Assembly (NCBI GenBank): GCA_031260725.1
Contig: JAISKZ010000010.1
Span: forward strand, 7,012 to 71,011
DNA from: Desulfovibrio sp.
Lineage (GTDB): Bacteria; Desulfobacterota; Desulfovibrionia; Desulfovibrionales; Desulfovibrionaceae
Reading direction: 5' to 3'
Length of the DNA stretch: 64,000 bases
The notes under the pieces were generated by a model, which saw only the letters and a program-made list of their open reading frames with translations, was not told the DNA's origin and ran no database searches. Made by a program: the position numbers and the translations under genes. This document shows, piece by piece, positions 32,632 through 42,288 of this stretch (its first letter is position 1; each line of letters starts with the position of its first letter).

Positions 32632-33180
32632 TCAGACAGACTGATCGGCAGCGCTGTCACCGTCTGTCAGCGGCCATGCTTTTTGACGACAGAATTGGAC
32701 GTAAATTTCAAAGAGTTCTGATCGTAGTGCATCTTCAGTGGTATTGAGCACTTCAGCCAGTTCACCTGTAACGAGACTCATGGCCTGTTCTTGCAGTCGG
32801 CGTTCACCGAAGGAGAGTTCTTTCGTTTTTCCAATCAGCAGCAGTTCTCTCAGAACCTCGGTAACCACCAGAAGATCAGGGCTTTTCAGACGATCGGAAT
32901 ATTCACGGAACCGACGGTTCCAATTCTGTCCCGTATACACAATTTTATCCGTATCATTGCGCAGACTGTCAAGCATGCCGATCGCTCTTTGAGATGGCAC
33001 CAGAGGGCGCAGGCCGACTTTGAGCGCATTGTCCACAGGCACCATCAGGGTAATGTTGTTCGCACGGATGCGGACTATGTAAAATGAACACGGAACGCCA
33101 TTGATATGCTGGCTGTCGATGCGTTCTATTTTACCCACGCCCTGTGCTGGATAAACTACAAGTTCGTTCGGTGTGAACAT
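32632..33180 (-). CDS. CarD/CdnL family transcription factor
   Basis: MFTPNELVVYPAQGVGKIE, NWNRRFRE, LSFGERRL. Confidence 0.92.
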   Translation of the reverse strand: MFTPNELVVYPAQGVGKIERIDSQHINGVPCSFYIVRIRANNITLMVPVDNALKVGLRPLVPSQRAIGMLDSLRNDTDKIVYTGQNWNRRFREYSDRLKSPDLLVVTEVLRELLLIGKTKELSFGERRLQEQAMSLVTGELAEVLNTTEDALRSELFEIYVQFCRQKAWPLTDGDSAADQSV

Positions 33181-33382
33181 GATTTTACCACGCGCGCTAT
33201 ACTTGCTGATTACTGAGTTGGCGCGATTATAAAGACATTTATAATCCATGAATTATACAGAACAAATTAGAAGAAAATCAACTGTACAACAAATATTACG
33301 CCATTTGCGGGTAACAGTCCAGATAAAAAATAAAAAAATTTATGTATGCTGGGGTATTGATACCTTAACCTAATACAGGTTA

Positions 33383-34012
33383 TCAGATTTTTGTTGTGTT
33401 GTCATCTGCCGTTTGCGTTGAGGCGCCGCGCGCCGTTCTGGCTGCAGCGCCCATGCCTTTGCCTGCAAAGATAAACAGGACGTCAAGCGCCTTGGGCAGC
33501 ATGGCGTCCAGAAGGGCCGCATCCGCAGTGTCTGGACGGCCCAGGACCCAGCCGAGTACGCTCCCCCTGTACGGCGGGTGGCCGATGCCCATACGCAGCC
33601 GGCAAAAATCCGGCGTGCCAAGTGATTCCGTGATGGATTTAAGACCATTGTGCCCGGCATTCCCACCGCCGCGTTTGAAGCGCAATGCCCCGGCAGGGAT
33701 GTCCAGTTCGTCGTGGGCCACGAGTAGATGATTGGTTGTAAGCTTGTGCCAGGCAAGCAATGGTTGTATGCAGCATCCGCTTGAGTTCATAAAAGTCAGC
33801 GGTTTCGCGACAAGCCAAGGGCCGCCCAAATGGTGCAGTCGGACGCGAAAGAGTTCGCAGGAAAATTTGGTGCCGTTCATCAGGTCAACGCAACCTTCAC
33901 GTTCGGCCAGTCCGATGAGCATGGAAACAAAGGCAAAGCCCATATTATGCCTTGTGGCTTCATACTCGCGTCCAGGATTGCCAAGGCCTACAAGCAGACC
34001 TTTATAGTCCAT
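33383..34012 (-). CDS. pth: Peptidyl-tRNA hydrolase
   Basis: LVGLGNPG, TRHNMG, KPLTFMN, HDELD, GHNGLKSI; start ATG 34012. Confidence 0.97.
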   Translation of the reverse strand: MDYKGLLVGLGNPGREYEATRHNMGFAFVSMLIGLAEREGCVDLMNGTKFSCELFRVRLHHLGGPWLVAKPLTFMNSSGCCIQPLLAWHKLTTNHLLVAHDELDIPAGALRFKRGGGNAGHNGLKSITESLGTPDFCRLRMGIGHPPYRGSVLGWVLGRPDTADAALLDAMLPKALDVLFIFAGKGMGAAARTARGASTQTADDNTTKI

Positions 34013-34931
34013 CCCCGGCTCCTCGGCGCGTAAGCCGCAGCGGCAGTTGCAAGCTGGCACAGGCTGTCGCGATAATGCAGGCCATATACCTGCAAAGCGG
34101 CGGGCACATGGCGGCCAGATGCCCGCCGTCGGGCAGCCAGATCATGGTTTTGTGCGGCGCGTCCAGCAGGTTGAATGTTTCATTTATGAGCTCTGGCGTA
34201 AACAGGGCGTCGTTGCGCGCATTAAAAAAATACAGTGGACAGCGCAGATGTGGAGACAGCGTCGCGTTGAAAAGACCGGCCAGAAATGCGAGGGGATAGC
34301 TCCAACGCATTTTTGAAAAATCAATGGATGTGCATTGCGCGCCTGCGCTGATGCGACGCAGAGAGAGATAGGCCGCCACAGGTATTGGCAGCCAGGGGAG
34401 GAAACGGGCCATCAAGTTGATAACGTTCATCAGACGTTCACGACGCCCGGCAAATGCGCGGAAGAGCGTCAGGCTGGCAGCCTTGGCCTGCTGCGGCAGG
34501 ACGCCGCTGATAGGAAATACCGCCGTCAGTTTGTGAGATGCGGAGGCGTGGGCAAGGGCCAGTATGCCCCCCTGACTGTGCCCGCAGACAGCAGGGGATG
34601 TAAACCCAGCGTTGGACAGCCATTGTTCTGCGTCCAGCCCGTCGTGCAGCAGATCGTCAAAACTGAACGATGACGTGTGCGGGTTAAGACCATGGCTGGT
34701 CAGATGCAGGGCGGCTACTGTTAAACCTGCTTGATGCAGGGCCGAAAGTAATGGCCTGTACTGAAAAGGTGATGACATGGTGCCGGGATAGAATAGCAGT
34801 GCCCCGGCGTTCTCGTTTGGCCAAAGTTCAATGGTCAGTTGTCGGCCATGCTGCCGCAACGTGTGGCTGCGTATGGTGTATTTCGGCATGGGCGCAATGT
34901 CAGATGTGGCTGGTATAATAAAGGCCGACAC
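34002..34931 (-). CDS. Alpha/beta fold hydrolase
   Basis: GHSQGG nucleophile elbow, NARNDAL, DGGH; start uncertain (34931 or 34889). Confidence 0.8.
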   Translation of the reverse strand: MSAFIIPATSDIAPMPKYTIRSHTLRQHGRQLTIELWPNENAGALLFYPGTMSSPFQYRPLLSALHQAGLTVAALHLTSHGLNPHTSSFSFDDLLHDGLDAEQWLSNAGFTSPAVCGHSQGGILALAHASASHKLTAVFPISGVLPQQAKAASLTLFRAFAGRRERLMNVINLMARFLPWLPIPVAAYLSLRRISAGAQCTSIDFSKMRWSYPLAFLAGLFNATLSPHLRCPLYFFNARNDALFTPELINETFNLLDAPHKTMIWLPDGGHLAAMCPPLCRYMACIIATACASLQLPLRLTRRGAGDGL

Positions 34932-34967
34932 TTTTGTAGCGCTGGCTGGTCTACTGGAGTGGGAACA

Positions 34968-35588
34968 TTAGCCCGCAACAGGTGCACTCTGCTCGTCCGC
35001 GCCGCTTTCTTCAATATCTTCCTTCGACTTTGTCAGAACGCTGACTAAAGCATAATTGCTGTCGCATACGGCACTCACATTGGCCGGCAGTTGCAGATCC
35101 GCAACAGTAACCGTATCGTTAATATTCATATCAGACACGTCAATAGTAATTTTTTGCGGCATGTCCATCGGCTTGCTGGCAAGGCGGATGCTTTTGCGAT
35201 ACGTTTCCAGTATCCCTCCCAGCTTGACGCCGCGGGAACTCCCCACAAATTCCAGCGGCACATCCACCTTGACTGCCTTGTTCAGATCAACGCCATAAAA
35301 GTCAATGTGCGTGAAACATTTTTTGTAAGGATGACGCTGCACGTTCCAGAACAACACAGGATGAGTTGTCTTTTGTCCGTTATCGTCAATCTCAAGATTG
35401 AAGACCGTTGTGCGGCCCATTTCACCGTAGATTTTTTCAAGCGGCAGTTCAAGCGCATGCACTGAAATATTGTCTCCTTTGGCAGTATAAAACACGCAGG
35501 GAATAAGATGTTGCGCCCGCAGACGCCCACTGGGGCCTTTGCCGTGATGTTCGCGTTTTTGCACGCTCAATGTTTTGTCAATGCTCAT
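34968..35588 (-). CDS. rplY: 50S ribosomal protein L25 / Ctc
   Basis: VQRHPYKK..HIDFY plus Ctc C-terminal domain. Confidence 0.95.
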   Translation of the reverse strand: MSIDKTLSVQKREHHGKGPSGRLRAQHLIPCVFYTAKGDNISVHALELPLEKIYGEMGRTTVFNLEIDDNGQKTTHPVLFWNVQRHPYKKCFTHIDFYGVDLNKAVKVDVPLEFVGSSRGVKLGGILETYRKSIRLASKPMDMPQKITIDVSDMNINDTVTVADLQLPANVSAVCDSNYALVSVLTKSKEDIEESGADEQSAPVAG

Positions 35589-35599
35589 GGATGTCTCCT

Positions 35600-36547
35600 T
35601 TAAACAAACAGTACACTCACCGATGACCCGGTATGAATGTTGTGAATGGTTTTTCCAAGAAGCGCCGCAACGGAAATGACCTTAAGTTTTGGACAGCGCT
35701 CAATTTTGTCGTCAAGGGGAATGGTATCTGTTACAATAACCTGGGAAAGGGTCTCCGTAGCATTTATACGATCAATAGCCGGGCCGGAAAGCACAGGATG
35801 CGCAGCACACGCAACGATTTTTTCGGCACCGTATTTGAGCAGCACTTCAGCCCCGGCGCAAAGCGTGCCTGCCGTGTCAATCATATCATCCACGATAATG
35901 GCGACCCGCCCTGCCACCTCTCCAATGACGTGCACGGCTGTAGCCTGATTGGGACGGTCCCGTCGTTTGTCCACAATGGCGAGGGGGGCATTGAGTCGTT
36001 TGGCATACGCACGGGCGCGTTCAACGCCGCCGGCGTCCGGCGATACGATAACAATATTATTTTCACCCAGCTCCCGTAGGGGGGCAAGCATAACCGGCGC
36101 GGCAAAAAGATTGTCCACGGGACAATTGAAAAAACCTTGAATTTGACCGGCGTGCAGATCAATGGTAACAACACGGCCTGCCCCTGCCACACTGATGAAG
36201 TCGGCCACCAGTTTTGCGCTGATCGGTGCGCGCGGCGTAATTTTACGATCCTGCCTCGCATATGCGTAATACGGAATAACCGCCGTAATGCGTGCGGCGC
36301 TTGCCCGTTTGAGGGCGTCCAATATCAGGCAGAGCTGCATAAGATTCTTGTTGATGGCCGGGGGACAGGTCGGCTGTACAACAAATACGTCATCACCGCG
36401 CACATTATCACCGATTTCAATGCGCAATTCACCGTCGCTGAAGGTCGTGGCCAGCGTGGGTGTCAGCTGGCAGCCCAGATGGTCACAAATGGCCTTGGCC
36501 AGTTCCGGATTGGCAGATCCTGTAAGAATTTTCATGTTGCTGCACAT
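35600..36547 (-). CDS. prs: Ribose-phosphate pyrophosphokinase
   Basis: FSDGE, YARQDRK, VSPDAGG, VDDMIDTAGT; start ATG 36547. Confidence 0.98.
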   Translation of the reverse strand: MCSNMKILTGSANPELAKAICDHLGCQLTPTLATTFSDGELRIEIGDNVRGDDVFVVQPTCPPAINKNLMQLCLILDALKRASAARITAVIPYYAYARQDRKITPRAPISAKLVADFISVAGAGRVVTIDLHAGQIQGFFNCPVDNLFAAPVMLAPLRELGENNIVIVSPDAGGVERARAYAKRLNAPLAIVDKRRDRPNQATAVHVIGEVAGRVAIIVDDMIDTAGTLCAGAEVLLKYGAEKIVACAAHPVLSGPAIDRINATETLSQVIVTDTIPLDDKIERCPKLKVISVAALLGKTIHNIHTGSSVSVLFV

Positions 36548-36621
36548 CTGCCTCTTCACTCCATGAATCAGCTGTTGCTCGGGTAAGAATGCATCATTGT
36601 GGTACATTCAAAAAATTAAAA

Positions 36622-36696
36622 TGGCTGGGATGGAAGGGATCGAACCTTCGTTTGACGGAGCCAAAACCCGTTGCCTTACCACTTGGCTACATCCCA
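36622..36696 (-). tRNA. tRNA-Gln (TTG)
   Basis: Acceptor TGGGATG/CATCCCA, anticodon arm ACGGG-TTTTGGC-TCCGT, encoded CCA; usual ispE-prs position. Confidence 0.94.
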
Positions 36697-36701
36697 GTGC
36701 T

Positions 36702-37601
36702 TCATAACGGCAGCAAAAAAACACGCTGTTGCCGCGTTCGCAAGGCTTTGGCAGCGTTTTTTGCAATTGCCGCTCCTGCGCGGCTGAACAGGCCAACCAA
36801 ACTGGATCCACTGCCGCTCATGCATGCCGCGTCAGCTCCAAGGCACAATAAATCGGCTTTGATAGCCGCCAGTTGCGGATAGCGGGGAAAGACTGCCGCC
36901 TCCAGATCATTGCAAAATGCTTCAATGGACGTTTCTTTAAAAGAAAATTTTCTTTTATCTTTAGCTTGACGGTTTGTCAAGTTCTTTTGCTGCACAAGGT
37001 GGTTGGCCGTTCGCGCAAGCGCGTCATAGCGGGCATATGCCCACAGCGTGCTTATATGAATGTCAGGGCAGACCAGTACAAGGTAAAATCCAGAAAAGGT
37101 ATCGTTGAGAGAGCTTAGTTTTTCTCCAATCCCATGTACACGGCACACAGTATTTTGTAGAAAAAAAGGCGTGTCCGCGCCAACAGACAGCGCCATGTTG
37201 CGCAAGGTTTTCTTGTCAAACGGAAATGCGCATGTGCTGTTGAGCCAGCGTAGCAGTGCGGCTGCGTCACTGCTGCCGCCACCAAGACCGGCACCTTGTG
37301 GAATGCGTTTGCGCAGTTCAATTTCAATGCCGGGAAGGGGCCCTGACGCTTGAGCAAACGCTGCCCATGCTTTCGTCAGTGTGTTGTCATTAGGGTCAAT
37401 ACCTGGCGTGTTGCAGCGCACAATCACGCCTGTGTGCCTCGTGTGCCGTATAATCAGGTCATCACAGGGATACGGCAGGGAATAAAAAATGGAATCCAGT
37501 TCATGGTAGCCGTCGGCACGCACGCCGGTGACGCGCAGGCCCAGGTTGACCTTGCAGCCGCATGTGATGCGTATACTGTTCGGCGTATTTTTGCGGCGCA
37601 T
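36702..37601 (-). CDS. ispE: 4-diphosphocytidyl-2-C-methyl-D-erythritol kinase
   Basis: KVNLGL, GYHELDS, GAGLGGGSSDAA, MSGSGS. Confidence 0.96.
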   Translation of the reverse strand: MRRKNTPNSIRITCGCKVNLGLRVTGVRADGYHELDSIFYSLPYPCDDLIIRHTRHTGVIVRCNTPGIDPNDNTLTKAWAAFAQASGPLPGIEIELRKRIPQGAGLGGGSSDAAALLRWLNSTCAFPFDKKTLRNMALSVGADTPFFLQNTVCRVHGIGEKLSSLNDTFSGFYLVLVCPDIHISTLWAYARYDALARTANHLVQQKNLTNRQAKDKRKFSFKETSIEAFCNDLEAAVFPRYPQLAAIKADLLCLGADAACMSGSGSSLVGLFSRAGAAIAKNAAKALRTRQQRVFLLPL

Positions 37602-38140
37602 TATTCTAAAAGTTCTATCGTCAATTGATCATTGGTGTATACACATATCTCCGACGCAATATGCATGGCTTCCCTAGCTATGGACTCTGCGTCAAGGCTG
37701 CTGTGCCTCAAAAGCGCTCTGGCTGCGGAGAGCGCGTATGGACCGCCACTGCCGATGGCCGTCACGTTGTCGTCTGGTTCAATAACGTCGCCTGTGCCTG
37801 AAAGAACAAGCAAATGTTTCCTGTCTGCCAGAAGGAGCATGGCTTCAAGTTTGCGCAGGTATTTATCTTTGCGCCAGTCTCTTGTCATTTCCACAGCGGC
37901 GCGCAGCAGGTTGCCGTGTAATTGTTTAAGATTAGCCTCAAAAAGTTCAAACAGTGTAAAAGCGTCTGCAGTTGCGCCGGCAAAACCCGCCAGTATCCGG
38001 CCGTCATTGAGGCGGCGAACCTTCTGGGCCGAGCGCTTCATAATCATGTTCTGTCCAAGAGTCACCTGACCGTCTCCTGCCATGGCAACGCGACCGTCGC
38101 GTTTGACCAGCAAAATGGTGGTGGCGTGCGTATCCATCAT
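37601..38140 (-). CDS. hslV: ATP-dependent protease peptidase subunit HslV
   Basis: [33 protein letters not shown]. Confidence 0.97.
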   Translation of the reverse strand: MMDTHATTILLVKRDGRVAMAGDGQVTLGQNMIMKRSAQKVRRLNDGRILAGFAGATADAFTLFELFEANLKQLHGNLLRAAVEMTRDWRKDKYLRKLEAMLLLADRKHLLVLSGTGDVIEPDDNVTAIGSGGPYALSAARALLRHSSLDAESIAREAMHIASEICVYTNDQLTIELLE

Positions 38141-39546
38141 TGTTTATCCCATATTTCCTTGCGTTCTTTATACACTGCCTCCAGCCGATGAAAGGGGCGT
38201 TTGTCGACGGCGCGGTCAGCGAGATTTTTTGCTCTGGCAAAATAGAGTTCTGTCAATTTTTTGTTATTAGCGTACAATACGCTGTACGTCAGATGAATAT
38301 ATGCTTCCAGAGATTTGCCGGACTTGCCCAGAGAGTGGGCATACACCTCATGCGCTTCAGCGTCTTCCGGCACATTACGCAGCACATTCTCGTAATACTT
38401 GCCAGCCTCTGCCTGCCTGCCTGTTTCATCCAGCATTCGCGCATAGAAAAAGGCGGCCATATAATCATGTGAATCCAGACGAAGGGCTTTCAGCAGGAGG
38501 CCTTCCGCACGCTTCATATCTCCCTTGCGGAAGTGGAAAATGCCGGCCTCACGCAGCACCAGCGGATCTGCCGGAGAGACAGTCAGAGCTTCGTCAAAAA
38601 CAGCCGCAGATTCCGGAATTTTGTTCTGACGGGCAAGTACAATGCCCCGTCCCATTAAAGCAAGGCCGTCTTTTTTGACGAAGCGTTGCAGCGCTGCCTG
38701 TTCGTCGCCGTAGCGTGCCCAGAGCATGGTTTTAACGCGCAGGAAACGTTGATTGTCACAAGTGCGGTTTTTTACGGTAAGGGGCATGGTGGCGATGCGG
38801 GCCTGCAGTCCGTTGACTCTGTCACTGATGGCTGGATGCGTGGAGAGGTAAGTCGGTACAGATGTTCCGCTCATCCAGCTTTTTTGTCTGAGCACCTTAA
38901 AACCGCCTATCATGCCGTTTGGCGGATACCCGGCGGCCACAAGATATTGCAGGCCGATCTGGTCGGCCTCATTTTCATCTATCCGGCTGTAGTTGAGCAT
39001 GGCCGCCTGTCCGGCGCTCATAGCGCTCACGGCTACAGCACCGCCGGGACCCCCTGCAGCAACGCCTGCAATGGCCAGCAAGAGCGAACTGACAGTGACA
39101 AACTGCGCACGTTCCAAACGCGTGGCCACATGGCGTTGGGTAACGTGCGCCAGTTCATGCGCCAGGACTCCGGCGAGTTCGTCCTCACTGTTCAGATTCA
39201 TAATCATGCCGGTAAATACAAAAACATAACCACCGGGCACGGCAAAGGCGTTCAGGGAGTTGTGCAGAATCACAGTTCCTTTAAAATTGTATGGTTGAGG
39301 AGGCATCGCAAGAACAAGGCGATCCAGCAGTTGGCCGACATACTCTGTTACTTCAGGATCCTCCACTACCGGCAAACTTGAACGGACCATAATGTCAAAT
39401 TTATGGCCCATTTCCTTTTCATCTTTAATGCTGACCCCGCCGAAAAAAAATGCATGCGCAGGCGTAGCAATAAGTTGATGCCCAAGCAGGATCAACAGAA
39501 AACACAAAAGTAAAGCGCGGGCATGGCGGAGAAAGCGCAGGCGCAT
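38137..39546 (-). CDS. M48 family metalloprotease with TPRs (BepA/YfgC-like)
   Basis: [13 protein letters not shown] zinc motif, YSR..E.EAD, YLSTHP. Confidence 0.9.
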   Translation of the reverse strand: MRLRFLRHARALLLCFLLILLGHQLIATPAHAFFFGGVSIKDEKEMGHKFDIMVRSSLPVVEDPEVTEYVGQLLDRLVLAMPPQPYNFKGTVILHNSLNAFAVPGGYVFVFTGMIMNLNSEDELAGVLAHELAHVTQRHVATRLERAQFVTVSSLLLAIAGVAAGGPGGAVAVSAMSAGQAAMLNYSRIDENEADQIGLQYLVAAGYPPNGMIGGFKVLRQKSWMSGTSVPTYLSTHPAISDRVNGLQARIATMPLTVKNRTCDNQRFLRVKTMLWARYGDEQAALQRFVKKDGLALMGRGIVLARQNKIPESAAVFDEALTVSPADPLVLREAGIFHFRKGDMKRAEGLLLKALRLDSHDYMAAFFYARMLDETGRQAEAGKYYENVLRNVPEDAEAHEVYAHSLGKSGKSLEAYIHLTYSVLYANNKKLTELYFARAKNLADRAVDKRPFHRLEAVYKERKEIWDKQ

Positions 39547-39554
39547 GTTGAAAC

Positions 39555-41006
39555 TTACTCCATATCCCAGATTTGCCCGGTGATCGTGTCCCGCACTGTC
39601 ACACCCATGGAAAGCAACTGCTTGCGTAATTCATCAGATTGCATAAAATTTTTTTGTGCGCGGGCCTGTTCGCGCTGCTTCAGCAGGTTTGTTACGCCAG
39701 CTAGATCAAGATTTTTTCTTTTGGCGCGCATGGCGCGCAGGTCAGATAAAAAAACAGCTGGCTGTACGCCAAAAAGTCCCAACTGGCGATCCCAGTTTTG
39801 CGCGCGTTTCAGAAATTCCGTCAGTAGGATGCGGCATCCTTCGCTCGTGCGCAGATTTTTGTCTTCCAGCAGGCGATTGACAAGTCGCACCTGGGAAAAA
39901 ACATGACCAAGAGCCTGAGCGGTGTTTATATCGTCATCCAGTGCGGCAACAAATGCCTGCGGCAGGGACGTCCATTCCTGCAGGATATCTTCAGGAAGAA
40001 CAGCATGTTTCCATTTGCTTCCCTCAAGTGCGTTGTGGGCTTCATGGAGAGAGGCATAGACGCGGTGCAGGGCTTTCTCCGCCTCGTCCATGCTTTGTAG
40101 AGTAAAATCAATGGGACTGCGATAATGTTTGTCAAGCAGAAAAAAACGTAGTGTTTCAGGTAAATAGTTTTGCAAAATCTGTCGTATGGTTGTAAAGTTG
40201 CCCAAGGATTTGGACATTTTTTCCGCATTGATCTGCACAAAGCCATTGTGAATCCAGTATCTTGCCATTTCAGAGTGACAGACAGCCTCGGACTGGGCAA
40301 TTTCGTTCTCATGATGTGGAAATATCAGATCCTGTCCACCGCCGTGTATGTCCAGCGGCAGCCAAGGAGCGCTCATGGCTGAACATTCAATATGCCAGCC
40401 AGGCCGTCCCTTCCCCCATGGGCTCTCCCAGAAAGGTTCATCAGGTTTGGCAGCCTTCCATAAGGCAAAATCCAGCGGATCGTCTTTTTCTTCGCCGGGC
40501 GTAACGCGCGCACCGGCGATGAGCTCGTCAGGGCTGCGGCCGGAGAGCCTGCCGTAGGACGGCCAGGCGCGTACACGGAAATAGACGTCGCCTGAGGGTG
40601 TTACATACGCCTTGCCTTCGGCGATCAGTGTAGAGCAGAGTTGCTGAATTTGCGTTATATATTCCGTGGCGCGCGGCTCCACGTCTGCGCGCAGCACGTT
40701 CAGACGATCCATATCGTTATGAAACGCATTGATATATGTGCTGGCCACTTCCTGCCAGTCACGGCTTTCTTTTTTTGCTCGTGCAATAATTTTATCGTCT
40801 ATGTCTGTAAAATTACGTACAAAATGCAGGTCAAAGCCAAGATAACGCAGGCGACGCGCCAGTACGTCAAAAACAACGGCAGAGCGGGCGTGACCTATGT
40901 GACAGAAGTCATAGGCTGTGATGCCGCAGACATACATATTTACTTTGCCCGGATTTGCCGGAACGAATGCTTCTTTTTTCCTTCCCAGAGTGTTATACAA
41001 CAGCAT
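39555..41006 (-). CDS. cysS: Cysteine--tRNA ligase
   Basis: HIGH and KMSKS motifs, GRPGWHIECSAM. Confidence 0.99.
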   Translation of the reverse strand: MLLYNTLGRKKEAFVPANPGKVNMYVCGITAYDFCHIGHARSAVVFDVLARRLRYLGFDLHFVRNFTDIDDKIIARAKKESRDWQEVASTYINAFHNDMDRLNVLRADVEPRATEYITQIQQLCSTLIAEGKAYVTPSGDVYFRVRAWPSYGRLSGRSPDELIAGARVTPGEEKDDPLDFALWKAAKPDEPFWESPWGKGRPGWHIECSAMSAPWLPLDIHGGGQDLIFPHHENEIAQSEAVCHSEMARYWIHNGFVQINAEKMSKSLGNFTTIRQILQNYLPETLRFFLLDKHYRSPIDFTLQSMDEAEKALHRVYASLHEAHNALEGSKWKHAVLPEDILQEWTSLPQAFVAALDDDINTAQALGHVFSQVRLVNRLLEDKNLRTSEGCRILLTEFLKRAQNWDRQLGLFGVQPAVFLSDLRAMRAKRKNLDLAGVTNLLKQREQARAQKNFMQSDELRKQLLSMGVTVRDTITGQIWDME

Positions 41007-41029
41007 GATGAACCTTGAGGTTTTTATTG

Positions 41030-41470
41030 TTAACTGCCCGCGTCCGGGGCAAGCTGGTTGACGCGCCGCGCATGACGGCCGCCTGCAAAATTGTTTTCCA
41101 AAAAAGCGGCGACGATGGCGAAGGCAAGTTCCACTCCGGTGATTCTGGCTCCGAGGCAGAGTACATTAGCGTTATTGTGGCGGCGGGCAAGCTTTGCATG
41201 CAGTTCAGTAGTGCAGAGCGCCGCTCTGATTGCCGCATGCCGGTTGGCGGCCATGGACATGCCTATGCCGGAGCCGCAGAGCAAAACGCCTGTTTCTGTT
41301 CCAAATTGTACAGCGTTGCAGAGTCGGTGCGCAAATTGTGGATAGTCGCAACTTTCTTCTGAATAAGCGCCGTGGTCAATAATTTCGTAACCAAGTTCCG
41401 TTAAATGCCGCGCCAGTGTCATTTTTAGTTCAAAGCCGGCATGGTCCGCCGCAAGATGAACGCGTTGCAT
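41030..41470 (-). CDS. rpiB: Ribose 5-phosphate isomerase B
   Basis: ADHAG, CGSGIG, HNNANVL, GGRHARRV. Confidence 0.97.
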   Translation of the reverse strand: MQRVHLAADHAGFELKMTLARHLTELGYEIIDHGAYSEESCDYPQFAHRLCNAVQFGTETGVLLCGSGIGMSMAANRHAAIRAALCTTELHAKLARRHNNANVLCLGARITGVELAFAIVAAFLENNFAGGRHARRVNQLAPDAGS

Positions 41471-41499
41471 AAAACCTCCGGAAACATGCTTATATCAGG

Positions 41500-42288
41500 T
41501 TAAAAACGTTGGCTTTTGTATTGGGCCAAAGGCCAAAGCGGCGTGTTTTCGGGTAGCGCAAGCCGCATTTGTTCGTCAGTGAAGCGGATAGTCGGATTTT
41601 CTCTTTCTTTGATAAGCACAATGGCGCGTTTGCCGTTGTCGTTCGTCAGCGAAAGTCTGCGCGGCAAAGGGGGCGTGCTGTCGTTGTAAGCAATTTCCAT
41701 TGTCCAGCCGCCGTCTGCGTGCCGGTCATCCCGCCAGAGAACAGGCAGGGCGTCTGTGTTCAGCGTCAGGCTGCCGCCTGACTTGTCGGTAAGGGTGTAA
41801 CGCATCAGGCCGTTTTGCAGGCCGCCGCTGTCGTTGTATGTTGTTCCAAAAACAAGGGCATAACGACCATTCAGCAGGTTTGCCAGACGGTTGAGGTCAA
41901 AAGGCACCGGCATGCCCATCTGTGAAAGTGGTTTTGTCGCCCCTTGGTAAAACCAGGCTTTGTTTTCGTTTGGGCTGTAAACTAAAAAATGTTGTCCGTC
42001 TTCCAGAATTCTGGCCGCAACAGCGCCGACTCCCGCCATGACGTCCATGCGCAATTTGTCGTCGCCGTTTCCCCAGAATATGGCAGTGACCCTGCGGGTG
42101 TCGTCGGCAGTGCCGAAACGCAGACTCATTTGTAAATGGTATGGCGGATGCGCAGGTGTTGTGTTTGATGCAGTAAATTTTTGCCAGCGGGCCGCCGCTG
42201 CGGTCTGTATTTCCGGGCTTGTGTCCGCGGGATGCTGTTTCGCACATGCGCAAAGAAGCAGTAATACGGCAATAAAATATTTTTTCAT
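41500..42288 (-). CDS. Lipoprotein, possibly LolB-like
   Basis: Lipobox LLLCAC; beta-rich body downstream of a TPR gene; fold assignment is inference. Confidence 0.6.
   Translation of the reverse strand: MKKYFIAVLLLLCACAKQHPADTSPEIQTAAAARWQKFTASNTTPAHPPYHLQMSLRFGTADDTRRVTAIFWGNGDDKLRMDVMAGVGAVAARILEDGQHFLVYSPNENKAWFYQGATKPLSQMGMPVPFDLNRLANLLNGRYALVFGTTYNDSGGLQNGLMRYTLTDKSGGSLTLNTDALPVLWRDDRHADGGWTMEIAYNDSTPPLPRRLSLTNDNGKRAIVLIKERENPTIRFTDEQMRLALPENTPLWPLAQYKSQRF

Noticed and set aside
32407-33360. Shared 10-mer GGGGTATTGA upstream of rho (32407) and carD (33351)
   Set aside because: Only two non-palindromic copies at different distances from the starts; chance cannot be excluded.
37601-38140. 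hslV without adjacent hslU
   Set aside because: To my recollection the two genes are unlinked in Desulfovibrio; not evidence of loss.
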